Positions 1 through 8,962 are shown, counted from the stretch's first letter. The stretch is 58,050 nt of DNA from an uncultured Sorangium sp. (GCA_964475255.1 CAYYWA010000003.1:1-58050), one strand, 5' to 3'. Translations and numbers: made by a program. Notes: a model not told the origin generated them from the letters alone.

Positions 1-115
1 GCGGAGAGGCGTGGCTTCGCGCTCGGGATCTTGGCGTCCTCGACGGGCAGCGTGAGCACGTCGCCCTCGGGCGTGTCGGGCGGGATCGCGGGCATCGGCG
101 AGCCGGGCTTGCCGG
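1..115. repeat. Terminal overlap (left copy) showing a circular or circularly permuted genome
   Basis: Matches 57936-58050 except at positions 53, 61, 85, 94 and 110; the MuF reading frame runs through the junction. Confidence 0.95.
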
Positions 116-917
116 GCTTCGTGACGAGCGCGCATCGGCAGCGCGGGTGCCGAGGCGGCGCATCGACGCCGCCCGAGAACGTCCCATCGAGCGGCACTTC
201 CTCGCCGTGCATCGGCGCGCAGATCGGGCAGAGGCGATCGTCGCTCGTGACCGTCCACCGCTTGATCGCGTTCAGCGGTAGCAGGCCGCGCTTCTGCGCC
301 TCATTCCACGCCCGTAGCTGCCCCTTGTTCGCTGCCTTGATCGTCTCCGTGCGGGCGATCATGTCGGCGCGCTCGCGGATCAGCCGGGTCCGCGCCCTGT
401 CGAGTTCGCGGGCCGACAATCCCTTGTCACCGAGTGTGGCGAGGCGCCGCTCCTGTTGCCGATTCAGCCCGATCACGCGCGACAGGTGCCGCGAGGCCGT
501 CGCCGCGCTCCACTCGCCGCGCATGACACGCACCGTCGCCGATCGGATCGCGTTGAACTGCTCGGCCGTGATCGCCGTGACGAGGTTCGCGCTGTACTGC
601 TCGGCCCACGCCACGGCCCATGTGTTGACCGCGTCGTAGCGCCACACCGCCCGGAGAGGCGCGGCGCTCGCCGCGTGTGCCGCCTGTGCGGCGACGCGCC
701 GCGTGCTGTCGCGGATAGCCTGCTGCACAAGAGGCTCAGCACGGCGCCACGAGTCACGCAGGATCGCGTCTACGCGCGCCACATCGCGCGCAGCGACCGC
801 CGCACGGATACCCCGGGGCGGCGAGCCGGACAGTGCCTCGTCCAGCGCCCGCCGCAGCCGGGATAGCTCGGCGTCAGCGATCGCGTTCGTCTGGACGATC
901 TTCGGCCGCTTTGCCAT
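1..917 (-). CDS. Phage head morphogenesis (MuF / SPP1 gp7-like) protein, N-terminal part; continues at 57935..57149 (567 aa total)
   Basis: Not in the ORF track. Manual translation from ATG 917 gives MAKRPKIVQ...RADMIARTETIKAANKGQ...KRWTVTSDDRLCPICAPMHGE...PPRHPRCRC, typical MuF motifs. Confidence 0.9.
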   Translation of the reverse strand, partial: MAKRPKIVQTNAIADAELSRLRRALDEALSGSPPRGIRAAVAARDVARVDAILRDSWRRAEPLVQQAIRDSTRRVAAQAAHAASAAPLRAVWRYDAVNTWAVAWAEQYSANLVTAITAEQFNAIRSATVRVMRGEWSAATASRHLSRVIGLNRQQERRLATLGDKGLSARELDRARTRLIRERADMIARTETIKAANKGQLRAWNEAQKRGLLPLNAIKRWTVTSDDRLCPICAPMHGEEVPLDGTFSGGVDAPPRHPRCRCALVTKPGKPGSPMPAIPPDTPEGDVLTLPVEDAKIPSAKPRLS

Positions 918-1380
918 CCCGTACCTCGATGCGCTTGCCGCGCATCAGCGCCCACAGCATATCCGCGATCGTCTCGATCTCTCTTGGCCGCTGCGGCGTC
1001 AGGTCGATCGGATCGACGTCGCCAAAGTCGTCCATGTCGTCAGGGTTCGGCAGCCCGAGCGCATCACGTAGCTGATGGTTCTCTGCACGCACGCGGCGAT
1101 AGTCCTCGTTGATCCAGTCACGGCGCGTGCGCTGGCGCTTCTCCTCGTGCTCGTTCAGTGTCCGCAGGACAGCCTCGCGCGTGGCATCCTCGGATGCGAG
1201 CGCCTGCAGCCGGTCGAACACGACGCAGCGGACGAAGCCGTCCGAGTAGTCGCCGCTGACGCCGACGACGGCGCCAAGGATGCGCGCGAATGCCTCGGGT
1301 GAGAGCTCGCCGAGGCGCGCTGCGCGCGTGTCCACGTCGGCCGAGCTGATCTGTGAGAGTGTGTGTTGCTGTTCGCTCAT
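874..1380 (-). CDS. Hypothetical protein
   Basis: 168-aa ORF with GGAG-type RBS, packed between RuvC-like and MuF genes. Confidence 0.75.
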   Translation of the reverse strand: MSEQQHTLSQISSADVDTRAARLGELSPEAFARILGAVVGVSGDYSDGFVRCVVFDRLQALASEDATREAVLRTLNEHEEKRQRTRRDWINEDYRRVRAENHQLRDALGLPNPDDMDDFGDVDPIDLTPQRPREIETIADMLWALMRGKRIEVRDGKAAEDRPDERDR

Positions 1381-1385
1381 GGTCC

Positions 1386-2618
1386 CTAGTCCTCCGTGAT
1401 CGTCTGCTGCGCGCCGACGTAGATAAACATCTCATCCTCAGCCTCGCGCAAGTCGCGCATCAGGCTCTCGACGGCTGCGCCGAACTCCGCTGGCGTGACG
1501 CCCGGCAATGCCGCCCGCTGCGCGGCCGTCGCGCGCATGATCTGCTGCGTCGTCGCGGCTGGCGCGTTGACGCGCCGCCTGCGAGGCGCGCGACGCTGGA
1601 CGCCTATAGGCGGCGTGGACGCTTGCGCCTGCGCGAGCGCGTCCCGCATCGCCGCGCGCTCGCTCAGGAGGGCGCGGTCGACGGATAACGGGCTACCTGC
1701 GTGTGGCGCATACCCGGAGCCCACGAGTCTCACGTCCCCCGTGCGACTGATCGTCGCGTGGTGCCAGTACTGATATCCCGAGGTGTCGAGCGCGTCGCCG
1801 TCCCGCAGGTACTGGCGCACGACGAGCCCGTGCGGATGGAATGAGCCGAACAGGACACCCGTGATCTCGCCGCGCACGACGGCCCTCACCACCTGATCCG
1901 GGATGTGCGCGGGCCACGTCTCGCCGCTCCCGGGGTTCGGGGTGACCTCTCGCATCCACGTCTCGCCGGGGATCGGAGCGGGGTCTACCGGCACTGCTAC
2001 GCGCTGGCCGTCGATCTCGACAATCGGCGCAAACACGGGCGCCCCCTGTGCCTCCTGCGGCTCCACGTCGTCCGTGATCGGCTCCTCGGGTTCGACCTCG
2101 TCGGACACGATGCCGCCCGTAATAGCCTCGCTGGCGACAGCACGGGAGCGATCGACAGCAAACGCCGCCGCTACGGCGAGCGCGGCCCACTTGTGCCGCG
2201 TGACGCCCCGTAGCGCCGACTCCCCGAATCGCTCACGCAGCGCCGCTCGCACCTCGCGATCGCCGCCCACAGGGCCGCCGAGGAGAACCCGCTTGACGTG
2301 CGTGCGCGCAAGGAGCCACGTCGGGCACTCGGCATCCATCGCGACCTGCTCGATGCGCCCGGCCCATCGCACCGTGTCGAACACCTCGCGCCCTACGGGC
2401 ATCCCGTAGGACTGGACGCGCTCGATCACGATGTTCGGCGCGTCGCCTATCGCCGTCTCGATGGCGCCGCGCAACCACAGCGGCACGTCCGGGTTCGGGA
2501 GTTCGGCGTGCGCGATGATCTCTGTCTCCGTGCGACGCCGAACGCGACCGCGCTCCGTGATCCTGATGTGGACGAGCGCGCTTTGCGTCTCGCCCGGGTC
2601 AATGCCGATAATGTCCAC
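1386..2618 (-). CDS. RuvC-like Holliday junction resolvase with long C-terminal extension
   Basis: N-terminal IIGIDPG and IVIER motifs of the RNase H/RuvC fold; the C-terminal ~230 aa are unexplained. Confidence 0.75.
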   Translation of the reverse strand: MDIIGIDPGETQSALVHIRITERGRVRRRTETEIIAHAELPNPDVPLWLRGAIETAIGDAPNIVIERVQSYGMPVGREVFDTVRWAGRIEQVAMDAECPTWLLARTHVKRVLLGGPVGGDREVRAALRERFGESALRGVTRHKWAALAVAAAFAVDRSRAVASEAITGGIVSDEVEPEEPITDDVEPQEAQGAPVFAPIVEIDGQRVAVPVDPAPIPGETWMREVTPNPGSGETWPAHIPDQVVRAVVRGEITGVLFGSFHPHGLVVRQYLRDGDALDTSGYQYWHHATISRTGDVRLVGSGYAPHAGSPLSVDRALLSERAAMRDALAQAQASTPPIGVQRRAPRRRRVNAPAATTQQIMRATAAQRAALPGVTPAEFGAAVESLMRDLREAEDEMFIYVGAQQTITED

Positions 2619-2653
2619 GTTCTCTCTCCCCGTGTGAACGTGTAGCGACAGCC

Positions 2654-4132
2654 TTACACGTCGTCGCCCTCGTCTGCGTCAGGCACCATCGGCGCCGCGC
2701 GCTCCGCGATTTCAACATCGATCCGCGTGCGCTCCAAGTCGGCGGTCGTCCCGGCGGGCACCACGCCGCCGCGCAGCATGTTGAAGAACAGCGTATCCCA
2801 CGACATCGCGCCGTCCTGCCACGCCGCCACGAGCGCCGCGAGTTCCTGCGAGGTAAGCGAGGCTTCTGTGAACTCGCGATTGACAGAGAACGTCACCTCC
2901 TCATCGCGCGGGTCTGTCGTGCTGATCCACCAGCAGTGAAGCCACAGCACATACGAGAGCACGTCGCTCGCGTTCTGCGCGATGAGTTCCAGTGAGGATG
3001 TCGCCTCGCCCTGACGCATTCGCAGCGCCTCGGCTGTCTCGGCCGCGCGCGGGCGAGTCTCAAGCATCCGAGCGCCGATCGTCGCCATGTGGCGTTCTTT
3101 CGTTTCGAGGCGCTTTTCGAGCGCGCCGAGCCCCTGTCCGGTGAACTCCAACATGCCCACGCGGGCGCCCGGATCTCGGAGCGTGATCGCCGACGAGGCG
3201 CCGATGTACAGCTTGTCTGTCGCCTGATAGCCCGTGACCCACGGCGTGGGCATCGCGACGTAATGCGCGCCGTGCTCTAGGTCGGCCGACGTCCGGTAGT
3301 GCGACAGGTTCAGGTCGGCCAGCGATTCAAGCGGCGGCGCCTTGATCCCCGGGTCCATGTCGTAGGCATTGAACGCGACGACTGGCAGGAACGGGATCAG
3401 CCTGCCCATGCGGACGAGCTCCACGGGGTCGCCGTCCCTGATCCATCGCTCGCGCTCCGGGTCGAGGGAGCCTGCCATTTCCGCTTGCGTCCGCTCGCGA
3501 TACGTCTCCTCGATCGCGGCGCCGAACGGATACTCGGCCGTCCCGAAGTCTCGGCCATCCATGCGGAGTACGCGGATCAGGTTCTCGTGATTCGTGTCGA
3601 ACGGGTCATCGGTTTTCTTCTGGCGACTGTCGCGGTACACGATCAGGGTGAACTCCGTGTCACCCGTCTGCGGGTTCCTCGCCGTGCGCCAGTTGATGAC
3701 GTCCTCGGCCGCGATGAGGCGCCACACAGGACGATTCGCCTCTCCGTGGAATCCGACGACGACGACGCCCCGGCCCACGGACAGCATCTCGTTCACGAGG
3801 TCGAAGCCGAAGCCCTCGATCCCGATCCCCGACAGCGTGACATCCGCGAAGTGGGGCCGAACCGTCGCCTCGATCGCGGCCGGAACCGTCCACGTTGAGG
3901 GCTTGCGGAAGATCAGCCCGAGGAGCCCGATGATGGTGCGCTGCGTCGCCGGGTAGAAGTCCGCGCGCATCTTGTAGGCGAGGTAGGCTGCCTGCTCCTG
4001 CTCCTGCAGCATCGGAAGATATCGCTGCCCTGCCTCCTTGACCTTGCGCTCTCCCTCTATGACGTCGCGCATCTTCTCCCACACGGGATACATGCGCGCG
4101 TAGTCCGGGTGGAGGCTATCGACCTTTGCCAT
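2654..4132 (-). CDS. Portal protein (DUF4055-type)
   Basis: Start MAKVDSLHPDY with GAGGAGG RBS; YLP..Y..Y..RA.FY and PPL..LA.LNL.HY..SAD..H motifs. Confidence 0.88.
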   Translation of the reverse strand: MAKVDSLHPDYARMYPVWEKMRDVIEGERKVKEAGQRYLPMLQEQEQAAYLAYKMRADFYPATQRTIIGLLGLIFRKPSTWTVPAAIEATVRPHFADVTLSGIGIEGFGFDLVNEMLSVGRGVVVVGFHGEANRPVWRLIAAEDVINWRTARNPQTGDTEFTLIVYRDSRQKKTDDPFDTNHENLIRVLRMDGRDFGTAEYPFGAAIEETYRERTQAEMAGSLDPERERWIRDGDPVELVRMGRLIPFLPVVAFNAYDMDPGIKAPPLESLADLNLSHYRTSADLEHGAHYVAMPTPWVTGYQATDKLYIGASSAITLRDPGARVGMLEFTGQGLGALEKRLETKERHMATIGARMLETRPRAAETAEALRMRQGEATSSLELIAQNASDVLSYVLWLHCWWISTTDPRDEEVTFSVNREFTEASLTSQELAALVAAWQDGAMSWDTLFFNMLRGGVVPAGTTADLERTRIDVEIAERAAPMVPDADEGDDV

Positions 4133-4409
4133 GCTGTGCCCTCCTCTTGATCGAGGCGAAGTGACGCCGCAACAGCCCGTCCTCGGCGTGCTCGTCGTCA
4201 TCCCATAGCGTTCGCGCGGACGCGACGACGCGCGCTGAATCCGGCGCGGACACCCGCAGGCGCTCGACGACGACGTCTAGATCAGCCTGCTCTCAGCACG
4301 TCATACAGTACGCGAACTCGCGCCGAAAGCTGACGACGAGCGACTGCGCCCTGTCCCGATGCCACGGGCAGCGGACGCGGATATGCGAGAGGATCAGATT
4401 GTGGCTCAC
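4116..4409 (-). pseudogene. CHC2 zinc-finger protein interrupted by an in-frame TGA at 4293-4295
   Basis: GTG 4409 overlaps the upstream stop; CPWH.D...SLVV......YCMTC then TGA, after which the frame stays open to TAG at 4116. Confidence 0.55.
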
Positions 4410-4597
4410 CCCGCCTCCTGCGCGACGAGTTCGGCCTCTCGCATCTTGCGCTCGTTCTCCTCGCGCCGCCGAAGCGACCGCCGCTGCCGAGATGTCAGCG
4501 GACGCGGCTCGTGGTCCGTCCATGTCGGATTGCGCTGCGGTATCGCGCCCGTGAGGCGATACCGCTCGCGCGCCTCGGCGATGCACTTCTCGCACAT
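4406..4597 (-). CDS. Small hypothetical protein (CxxC)
   Basis: 63-aa ORF coupled to neighbours on both sides. Confidence 0.6.
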   Translation of the reverse strand: MCEKCIAEARERYRLTGAIPQRNPTWTDHEPRPLTSRQRRSLRRREENERKMREAELVAQEAG

Positions 4598-4833
4598 CAG
4601 TCCGTGCCTCCCATCATGGCCCGATACAGCGCCGTCACGACGGCATCGACGCCGCCGTCTGCAGGGTCATCAGAGGCCGCCATGCAGCCTGTCGGGAGGT
4701 GCAGGACGGACACGCCGTAGCGCGCATGGTAAACGTCGATCCGCATGTCGCGGACACTCCACGGAGCCCCGGCCGCGCGCCAGTGAGCCATCGCGGCCCG
4801 GCGCATGAACCCGTCTATGTTCGTGCGGATCAT
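4597..4833 (-). CDS. Hypothetical protein
   Basis: Start MIRTNIDG after GGAGGG RBS. Confidence 0.6.
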   Translation of the reverse strand: MIRTNIDGFMRRAAMAHWRAAGAPWSVRDMRIDVYHARYGVSVLHLPTGCMAASDDPADGGVDAVVTALYRAMMGGTD

Positions 4834-4835
4834 CG

Positions 4836-4997
4836 CTAGCCCTCCCTCCACTCGATGGCAAACATCGCCACGGCGATCGCGATGATTACGATCGTGCCGA
4901 TACGGAGCGCGTCGCCCTGCCGCACGGCGTCCGCGAGCAGCAGCAGGCCACACAGCACGATCGCGGCACGTACCGCGCTGTCGAAGGCGAGAGCCAT
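4836..4997 (-). CDS. Small two-TM membrane protein
   Basis: Manual translation MALAFDSAVRAAIVLCGLLLL...IGTIVIIAIAVAMFAIEWREG, 53 aa. Confidence 0.6.
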   Translation of the reverse strand: MALAFDSAVRAAIVLCGLLLLADAVRQGDALRIGTIVIIAIAVAMFAIEWREG

Positions 4998-5239
4998 TAG
5001 ACTGCCTCCCCGTAGGGCTTGCGCGTCTCGACGATCTCGGTCGAGTACGCGACGCGCTCCGGGCGCGAGAACTCATCAGACAGCACGTCATCGATCGCGC
5101 TGCCGATGCGCCAGTCATGCGCCGCCGCCGCGTTGTCGAATGGGCCAAACACGAACCGCTCGTCACGCTGGCCGTCTGTGGCCTCTACGATGACGATGCA
5201 GGCGCCGACGCGGCCCTGTCCGCTTGGATTGTTTACCAT
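4997..5239 (-). CDS. Hypothetical protein
   Basis: 80-aa ORF whose stop overlaps the next start. Confidence 0.6.
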   Translation of the reverse strand: MVNNPSGQGRVGACIVIVEATDGQRDERFVFGPFDNAAAAHDWRIGSAIDDVLSDEFSRPERVAYSTEIVETRKPYGEAV

Positions 5240-5275
5240 GTCGTCTATTCACCCGTCGCTGTAAGAGAGGCGCGC

Positions 5276-5455
5276 TTACGCGCGCCCCGGGATGCGCCGC
5301 AGCGTGACGAGATATTCCCCGTCAATGACGCGCTCGTTGTAGATCGTGAAGCCGCGCGCCACGCGCTCGGAGACTTCGCGGTCGCGCTCCTCGCGCGTCA
5401 TGCGGGCGAGAGTGACAACGTGGCCGAACTGCGAAGCCGAAGTGGAAATGGTCAT
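5276..5455 (-). CDS. Small early protein
   Basis: MTISTSASQ, first gene after promoter cassette 1. Confidence 0.6.
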   Translation of the reverse strand: MTISTSASQFGHVVTLARMTREERDREVSERVARGFTIYNERVIDGEYLVTLRRIPGRA

Positions 5456-5474
5456 GGTCCCGCCCCCCGTGGAG

Positions 5475-5536
5475 TCACGCGGCGCCATCGCCGACGTGAT
5501 GAGATGACTATAACGAACGCCCCGAAGGGATGTCAA
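5475..5536 (-). promoter_or_regulatory. Promoter-hairpin cassette 1 (sigma70)
   Basis: TTGACA-N18-TATAGT with CGTTCGT before the -10; leader hairpin CGGCG-ATGG-CGCCG. Confidence 0.8.
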
Positions 5537-5546
5537 GCGGAAAAGG

Positions 5547-5617
5547 TGGAGCGGGTGGGTGGGACTCAAACCCCCTACGGCGCCGTGGAACGATGCCGCT
5601 CCGTCTGGATCACCCGC
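5547..5617 (-). tRNA. Non-canonical tRNA-Gly(UCC)-like RNA, 71 nt
   Basis: GCGGGTG/CACCCGC acceptor stem, U discriminator, encoded CCA; mini D-arm TCC-AGAC-GGA; long anticodon stem with G-U-UCC-A-C loop; T-arm GGGGG-TTTGAGT-CCC(A)CC. Confidence 0.8.
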
Positions 5618-5623
5618 GCGGCC

Positions 5624-6315
5624 CTATTCTGCCACGATTCGCTTGCCCCGGTACATCCGCGCGCCCGCCTCGTCGATGGCGCTATAGGGCAGCACGGGGA
5701 CCGTCAGGCGCTCGCGCGCGGACGGGTCGAGGAATAGATGTAGCGGATTTGGAAGCCGTCGAGGCGTTCGGCGCCGAGTTGCGCGGCCAGCTTCGCGACG
5801 CCCGGCATCCCGCCTCGCGCACGTCCACGATGCGCCGCACTCGTGTTGCACGATAGGCGGTGAACAACCCTCCCGGATGGTAGGCGGAGATGTTCACGCC
5901 TCGACGTGATGCCTGTGAGGACGAAACCCGACGCGCGGTAGATCGTGCCATCGCCGCATTGCGCCGCATCGGCGAACGAGACGACCCACTTGATCCACGG
6001 ATACTGCTTCCGCATCCAGCGCAGCGCGTATCCGAGCGCCCGGCTCTCGCTGTTGCGCGGAAGCCAGTCGGCGAACGCCATGCGGTTGAGTTCGATCATC
6101 TCGTTCCATTGCGTGCCCTCAACGAGGCCGAGGAGCTTTCGGCGGTCCATAGGTGGACCGAACTGCATCGCGCCTCCACATCGTCCGTCGAGAAACACGC
6201 CGAGGTGCAGTTGCGAGTTCTGCACACAGGTCCGGCTGTAGTGTATCGAGGCCACGATGCGCCGGGCGTCAGCCGACGCGATCGGCTTCACGATGATCCG
6301 CTTCGCGTCACCCAC
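5624..6315 (-). CDS. Mom-like GNAT adenine-modification enzyme (1-nt frameshift near 5733)
   Basis: IHYS, ELNRM, RNSESRAL, VVSFAD..Q..DGTIYRASGF and RYIY motifs; the natural C-terminus FLDPSARERLTVPVLPY lies in the adjacent frame ending at TAG 5624. Confidence 0.85.
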
Positions 6316-6922
6316 CGCAGAACCCCTCGCAGATATGCGCGAGCGCGTTGCCGTTGCTATTCTCGTTGATGCCTTCGGGATCGACGTCGTGACCGTCAGC
6401 CTTCGCTTTCGCGAGCGCACGTTTGATCGCCTCAGCCTGCGCCTCGGTGACGTTGAACGTCATCTGTGTCAACCCTGACGCGCCTCCCGCTGGTAGCTCT
6501 GGCGCGTCCGTGGCCTGCACGTCGAACGCGCCAATCTCAGCCTCGGTGAACAGCCCCTCTAGATCGGAGGCGTCGAACGTCAGGAGCCGTGACGTATCCC
6601 ACTCCGCGAACTCAGCCGATCGGTTGTCCGCGAGCGCGAGTCTGCGCTTCTGCCGCTTCGACAGCCCGGAGCGCCGCACGGCGACGAGGGTGCGGCCGTC
6701 GCCCTCGACGACGACCACGCGCTCGACGCCAGCCTCACGCGCGGCCTGCGTCGTCGCATTACCCGCCAGCACGCGCCCTTGCTCGTCGATGACGATGCTC
6801 CGCGCCGCTCCGACTTCCTGCAGCGATTCCGCGATGATCTGGAGGTTGCGCTCCGTATGGGAGCGCGCGTTCTCCGGATCAGGAGTCAATGCGTCGATGG
6901 GGATGATTTCGATCTCAGGCAT
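6308..6922 (-). CDS. ParB/Srx N-terminal-domain protein
   Basis: LTPDPENARSH, IVIDE..RVLAGN, LADNR..E.AEWD; overlaps the Mom start. Confidence 0.85.
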   Translation of the reverse strand: MPEIEIIPIDALTPDPENARSHTERNLQIIAESLQEVGAARSIVIDEQGRVLAGNATTQAAREAGVERVVVVEGDGRTLVAVRRSGLSKRQKRRLALADNRSAEFAEWDTSRLLTFDASDLEGLFTEAEIGAFDVQATDAPELPAGGASGLTQMTFNVTEAQAEAIKRALAKAKADGHDVDPEGINENSNGNALAHICEGFCGG

Positions 6923-6928
6923 GAAGGA

Positions 6929-7201
6929 TTACTCGGCGTCCCATAGGTTCCGCTGACGCGCGGCCTCGACGCCCTCCTCTCGGATGATCCGCTCAATGTG
7001 TGGTCGAAACGACTCGGGATAGATCGCGAAACAATGCACGCCCTCGCCGCAGGTTTTCGTTCGGAGATCCTTCGGCGGCAGGCGCCCCGTGCGGGAGCGG
7101 TACTCCGCGACGACGCGCCCTCCGATTGACCATGTGGCTCGCTTGTCGAGCTCGCATCCCATGTCGCGCATGACGTCGATTACCGTAATCCCCTGAATCA
7201 T
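6929..7201 (-). CDS. Hypothetical protein
   Basis: MIQGITVIDVM, ATGA overlap with the HNH gene. Confidence 0.65.
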   Translation of the reverse strand: MIQGITVIDVMRDMGCELDKRATWSIGGRVVAEYRSRTGRLPPKDLRTKTCGEGVHCFAIYPESFRPHIERIIREEGVEAARQRNLWDAE

Positions 7202-7551
7202 CGATCCCCCTGCAGTTTTGGCCCTTCGTATTCGATGGTTAGGTGCGATGCGGTCCCGCGCAGCCTGATCCGGTGCTCGTGTTCGAGCCTGTGGTGCCGC
7301 GCACACAGCAGGATCACGTTCTCCGGGTCGCACGGGTCTCCGCCGCGTGAACGATAGACGATCTCGTGTGCGTGCCCGTAGTCTCCGACGTACTCGCGAC
7401 AGACGCGACAGCGCCCGCCGTCTCGCATCACGACCGACGCCCGGGTATCGGCGCGTAACGGCACGCGCGCCTCGGTGCGCGCCGAGCGAGGCCGCAGACG
7501 CTTCCGGCGCGTCAACGCGCCATGGGTCCGCGTCGGCTTCGGGAACTTCAA
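7198..7551 (-). CDS. HNH endonuclease
   Basis: RDGGRCRVC, HEI..RSRGG, N..LLC..HH..EH. Confidence 0.85.
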   Translation of the reverse strand: MKFPKPTRTHGALTRRKRLRPRSARTEARVPLRADTRASVVMRDGGRCRVCREYVGDYGHAHEIVYRSRGGDPCDPENVILLCARHHRLEHEHRIRLRGTASHLTIEYEGPKLQGDR

Positions 7552-7763
7552 TGGATCGCCTCCTGACAGCCCTCAAAGTCAGGCTCCTCGTACTCGCGCG
7601 CATCGGCAGCGTGATGCACGATCAGGCGTCCGTGCGGCATCTCGCACACCACACGCGGACGGCACGGGCACGAGAGCCACTGGACGTGCTCAATGATGTC
7701 GCCAATGGGCATCACATGCGCGTCAACGCAGCCGACCTCGTCCTCGTCGTCTAGCGGCGCCAT
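7548..7763 (-). CDS. Small His/Cys metal-binding protein
   Basis: H....CPCRP...HHAAD motif. Confidence 0.6.
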   Translation of the reverse strand: MAPLDDEDEVGCVDAHVMPIGDIIEHVQWLSCPCRPRVVCEMPHGRLIVHHAADAREYEEPDFEGCQEAIH

Positions 7764-8017
7764 ACCGCGATCAAGCATCCCACGGCGAGCCCGTATGATG
7801 CTGCCGACATCGCACAGCCGAGAACGTGCGCGATGACGAGCCCCCGCACATGGCCCGTGCGCTGTTTGTACTCGGCCATGCGCCCGAGCATCGTCAGGCG
7901 AGACTCGACCTGTAATGCGTGAACGTCGGCCGGGTGCTGGAACATCCGCGCGAGATTACAGATACCAGACGCGCCCGTCACGAAGATCGCCAGCGCGAAT
8001 AGCGCATCCATCATCAT
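7751..8017 (-). CDS. Membrane protein
   Basis: Hydrophobic segments at both ends; coupled to neighbours. Confidence 0.55.
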   Translation of the reverse strand: MMMDALFALAIFVTGASGICNLARMFQHPADVHALQVESRLTMLGRMAEYKQRTGHVRGLVIAHVLGCAMSAASYGLAVGCLIAVWRR

Positions 8018-8772
8018 GATCCGTGCTCCATCTCGACGATATAGCCGGTATGGCCCTCGACCATCGAGCCGAAGCCCCATCCCTCAATGCGACGCAGGAT
8101 CTCGTACAGGCGACCGCCATCGAACGACCACAGGATCGGCTCGATGCGCGTCACCTTCAGGCCAGCGTGATCGGCGAGGAGATGCCACGCGCCCCGGGTG
8201 AATCGCCAGAAGTCCGGGTAATCCTCTGTCGCGTGATCCGGCCACAGGAACGGCGACGTGAGAAACAGCTTCCCGTCACGCGCGAGGAGGTGCCGCAGCG
8301 TCTCCATTGCGATAAACGGGTTCTTGACGTGCTCTAGCACCTCGGAGCAGACGATCGCCCGGTAGCTCGACGGCGAGGCGCCTTCCGGCCACTCGTTGAC
8401 GACGCGCGTCCACGCATGCCCGCCCCACATCAGATCAATCCGCAGATCCTCAGATCCGCTGATCCCTGCCGTCTGATAGCGGCTGTCCTGCCACGGACGT
8501 CGCTGGATGACGCCGAAGTCGAGCGCGCGATGATCGATGTGGCTCATGTGCTTCGGGACGGCCTCGGCGAGCCACGCCTCTAGCTGCAGGCGATGAAAGT
8601 CCGGCAACACCTGATGTAGTGTGCCGTCTTTGACGGCCCGCTGATAGCGCGCGTAGAGCGTCGCGTGCGCCTTCCCCGTGGGATGCAGGAATAGCGAGTC
8701 TACCGACATCTTGTCATCGTGCGCGAACACGGCTGGACCCTTCCGATGTGCCGCTGCTGCGTCGTTTCCCAT
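8014..8772 (-). CDS. Class I SAM-dependent methyltransferase (glycan/small-molecule type)
   Basis: ALDFG, IVCSEVLEHV.NP, L..DGKLFLTSPF..P.H...PDFWRFT. Confidence 0.8.
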   Translation of the reverse strand: MGNDAAAAHRKGPAVFAHDDKMSVDSLFLHPTGKAHATLYARYQRAVKDGTLHQVLPDFHRLQLEAWLAEAVPKHMSHIDHRALDFGVIQRRPWQDSRYQTAGISGSEDLRIDLMWGGHAWTRVVNEWPEGASPSSYRAIVCSEVLEHVKNPFIAMETLRHLLARDGKLFLTSPFLWPDHATEDYPDFWRFTRGAWHLLADHAGLKVTRIEPILWSFDGGRLYEILRRIEGWGFGSMVEGHTGYIVEMEHGS

Positions 8773-8776
8773 GTGC

Positions 8777-8962
8777 CTATCTCCCCGTGTTGTTGCGCCG
8801 CATGAACGCGACGAGGTCGCCGCGCTTGACGAGACGGACGCCGCTCGCCGTGCGCCCGTGCGGCAGCACGCCGCGATCGCACCAGCGCCGAACCGTAGAC
8901 TCGGACACGCGCGCGCGCTTGGCGGCGTCCGCGACTGTGAGAAATTCGTCTGCCTTGCTCAT
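8777..8962 (-). CDS. MerR/excisionase-like HTH protein
   Basis: FLTVADAAKRARVSESTVRRWCDRG.L...RT.SG.R. Confidence 0.8.
   Translation of the reverse strand: MSKADEFLTVADAAKRARVSESTVRRWCDRGVLPHGRTASGVRLVKRGDLVAFMRRNNTGR

Noticed and set aside
5547-5617. Ordinary translational tRNA, tRNA-Trp(CCA) or attP half-tRNA
   Set aside because: D-arm, anticodon stem and T-stem are non-canonical; acceptor and U73 fit Gly rather than Trp; it is full-length and no integrase is present
8777-8962. Excisionase implying integration
   Set aside because: Generic MerR-like HTH; no integrase or att core found
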